Source of the DNA: Nanopusillaceae archaeon
Lineage (GTDB): Archaea > Nanobdellota > Nanobdellia > Nanobdellales > Nanobdellaceae
NCBI GenBank assembly: GCA_038833255.1
Contig: JAWBIX010000030.1
Location: 1 to 5,040, forward strand
DNA length: 5,040 nucleotides
Direction: 5' to 3'
In this document: piece after piece, positions 4,145-5,040 of the stretch
Layout: each line of letters opens with the position of its first letter
How positions within the stretch are numbered: position 1 is the stretch's first letter
Notes under the pieces: generated by a model
Database searches by the model: none
The model's input: only the letters and a program-made list of their open reading frames with translations
Told to the model about the DNA's origin: nothing
Program-made: the position numbers and the translations under genes

Positions 4145-5040
4145 ATGGATATTGATATTATGATAAAACGACTATGTTTTAATTGTGGTGAAACTATTTC
4201 TTCTGAAAGATTAGAAAAATCTTTACCTTGTGAAAAAGATATAAACGATGAAGACATAAAGCTAATAAATTCAGATGAAGACATTTATAAAATTTTATTG
4301 AACAAAGGAAGATTATTTGATTTTAAAAAAATATTTGAGCTAGATAATGAAAGTAAAAAATTTTGTGAATTTTTTAATAAAATTGTTAATTCAGAACCTT
4401 GGTCAATTCAAATTTCCTGGTTCAAGAGATTATATAATAAAAGGAGTTTTTCTATGATAGCTCCAACTGGAACTGGAAAATCTACTTTTATTCTGGTTGC
4501 TTCACTGTATTTTGCTAATAAAGGATATAAAATATTAATAATTCTTCCAACAAGAGTTTTAGTAACTCAAATGTTTGAAAGATTAAATAATTATTTAGAA
4601 AAATCAAATCTAGAATTAAAAATTTTAGCATATACAGGAAATAAAAAAGAAAAAGAAGAAATTAAAAATGGAAATTTTCAGATATTAATTGTATCGAATC
4701 AGTTTATATCTAAAAACTTTGATATTTTATCTGATAAAAAGTTTGATATAATTTTTGTTGATGATGTAGATGCATTTTTTAAAGGATCTAAAAATATAGA
4801 AAGAGTAATAAGATTGTTGGGATTTAGTGATGATGAAATAAAATTTGTAAATCAGATAATAGATTTGAAAATAAAAAGAAAATTAGAAACTCTATCGGAA
4901 ATGAGGGAAAAGTTAAACGAAATTAAAAGTAAAGATCACGGATGTCTAGTTTTATCTTCTGCTACAGGAACGATAAGAGGAAAAAGGGTTAGATTATATA
5001 AAGAACTATTAGATTTTTCTATTGGTTCAGCATCGAGTAA
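4145..5040 (+). CDS. rgy: Reverse gyrase, N-terminal zinc finger plus helicase-like domain (5' partial, continues beyond the window)
   Basis: Open frame from ATG 4145 (alternative ATG 4160) to the window end, hand-translated. Zinc-finger region: CFNCGETISSERLEKSLPCEKD. Walker A: MIAPTGTGKST (APTGTGKS at 4460-4483). Motif II: FVDDVDA (DDVDA at 4760-4774). Motif III: LSSATG. The whole stretch is near-colinear with the Thermotoga maritima reverse gyrase N-terminus as I recall it (CINCGG...ERGLPCEVC ... APTGVGKTT ... FVDDVDA ... SSAT). Confidence 0.9.
   Translation, partial: MDIDIMIKRLCFNCGETISSERLEKSLPCEKDINDEDIKLINSDEDIYKILLNKGRLFDFKKIFELDNESKKFCEFFNKIVNSEPWSIQISWFKRLYNKRSFSMIAPTGTGKSTFILVASLYFANKGYKILIILPTRVLVTQMFERLNNYLEKSNLELKILAYTGNKKEKEEIKNGNFQILIVSNQFISKNFDILSDKKFDIIFVDDVDAFFKGSKNIERVIRLLGFSDDEIKFVNQIIDLKIKRKLETLSEMREKLNEIKSKDHGCLVLSSATGTIRGKRVRLYKELLDFSIGSASS

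Noticed and set aside
4759-4836. TGATGA strings resembling C boxes of C/D-box sRNAs
   Set aside because: They encode the conserved DDVDA helicase motif and SDDE of reverse gyrase. No CTGA D box lies at the required distance of about 50-60 nt downstream, and there are no terminal stem or C'/D' elements.
1-5040. Searched for tRNA, split-tRNA halves, rRNA or other structural RNAs
   Set aside because: In AT-rich hyperthermophiles structural RNAs stand out as GC-rich islands. The only locally GC-richer stretches (for example 1771-1805, 1921-1945, 2221-2280 and 3560-3590) are conserved codons of Nop10, PAC2 and GINS. The longest intergenic gap is 50 nt.
1-5040. Looked for CRISPR arrays, direct or inverted repeats, IS or transposase, integrase, toxin-antitoxin or other defence-island signatures, and for stop-codon reassignment
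   Set aside because: No repeated units, no recognisable mobile or defence gene products, and no composition shift across the window. All seven complete ORFs end at standard TAA, TAG or TGA at lengths matching their families (Nop10 and PAC2 end at TGA), so there is no sign of recoding.

Overview
This is a very AT-rich (about three quarters A+T by eye), tightly packed archaeal housekeeping locus. Only 158 of 5040 nt fall outside my CDS calls. Plus strand: an orphan signal-peptide, beta-rich protein (40-885), aIF2-alpha (918-1676), Nop10 (1666-1848, 11-nt out-of-frame overlap) and a PAC2/Pba-type proteasome-assembly chaperone (1855-2649). Minus strand, converging on PAC2 with a 13-bp 3' overlap: a GINS51-like replication subunit (4094-3465), ribosomal protein L44e/eL42 (3433-3119), and a 160-aa Cys/His-free orphan ORF (3119-2637) joined to L44e by a TAATG stop/start overlap. 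The 5' 298 codons of reverse gyrase (4145 to window end) diverge from GINS across a 50-bp AT-rich spacer; this ORF is missing from the supplied track because it runs off the window. Reverse gyrase, extreme AT richness and overlapping genes suggest a small-genome hyperthermophilic archaeon, possibly Nanoarchaeota-like; that is inference only. I found no GC-rich islands (so no tRNA, rRNA or sRNA candidates), no repeats, no CRISPR and no mobile or defence genes. I do not see a convincing novel multi-gene system. Worth a second look: the two orphan proteins (especially the one coupled to L44e where S27e usually sits), a Cys-to-Asp variant of the reverse gyrase N-terminal zinc finger, the inverted L44e / aIF2a-Nop10-PAC2 array, and the regulatory signals forced to share sequence with coding DNA.
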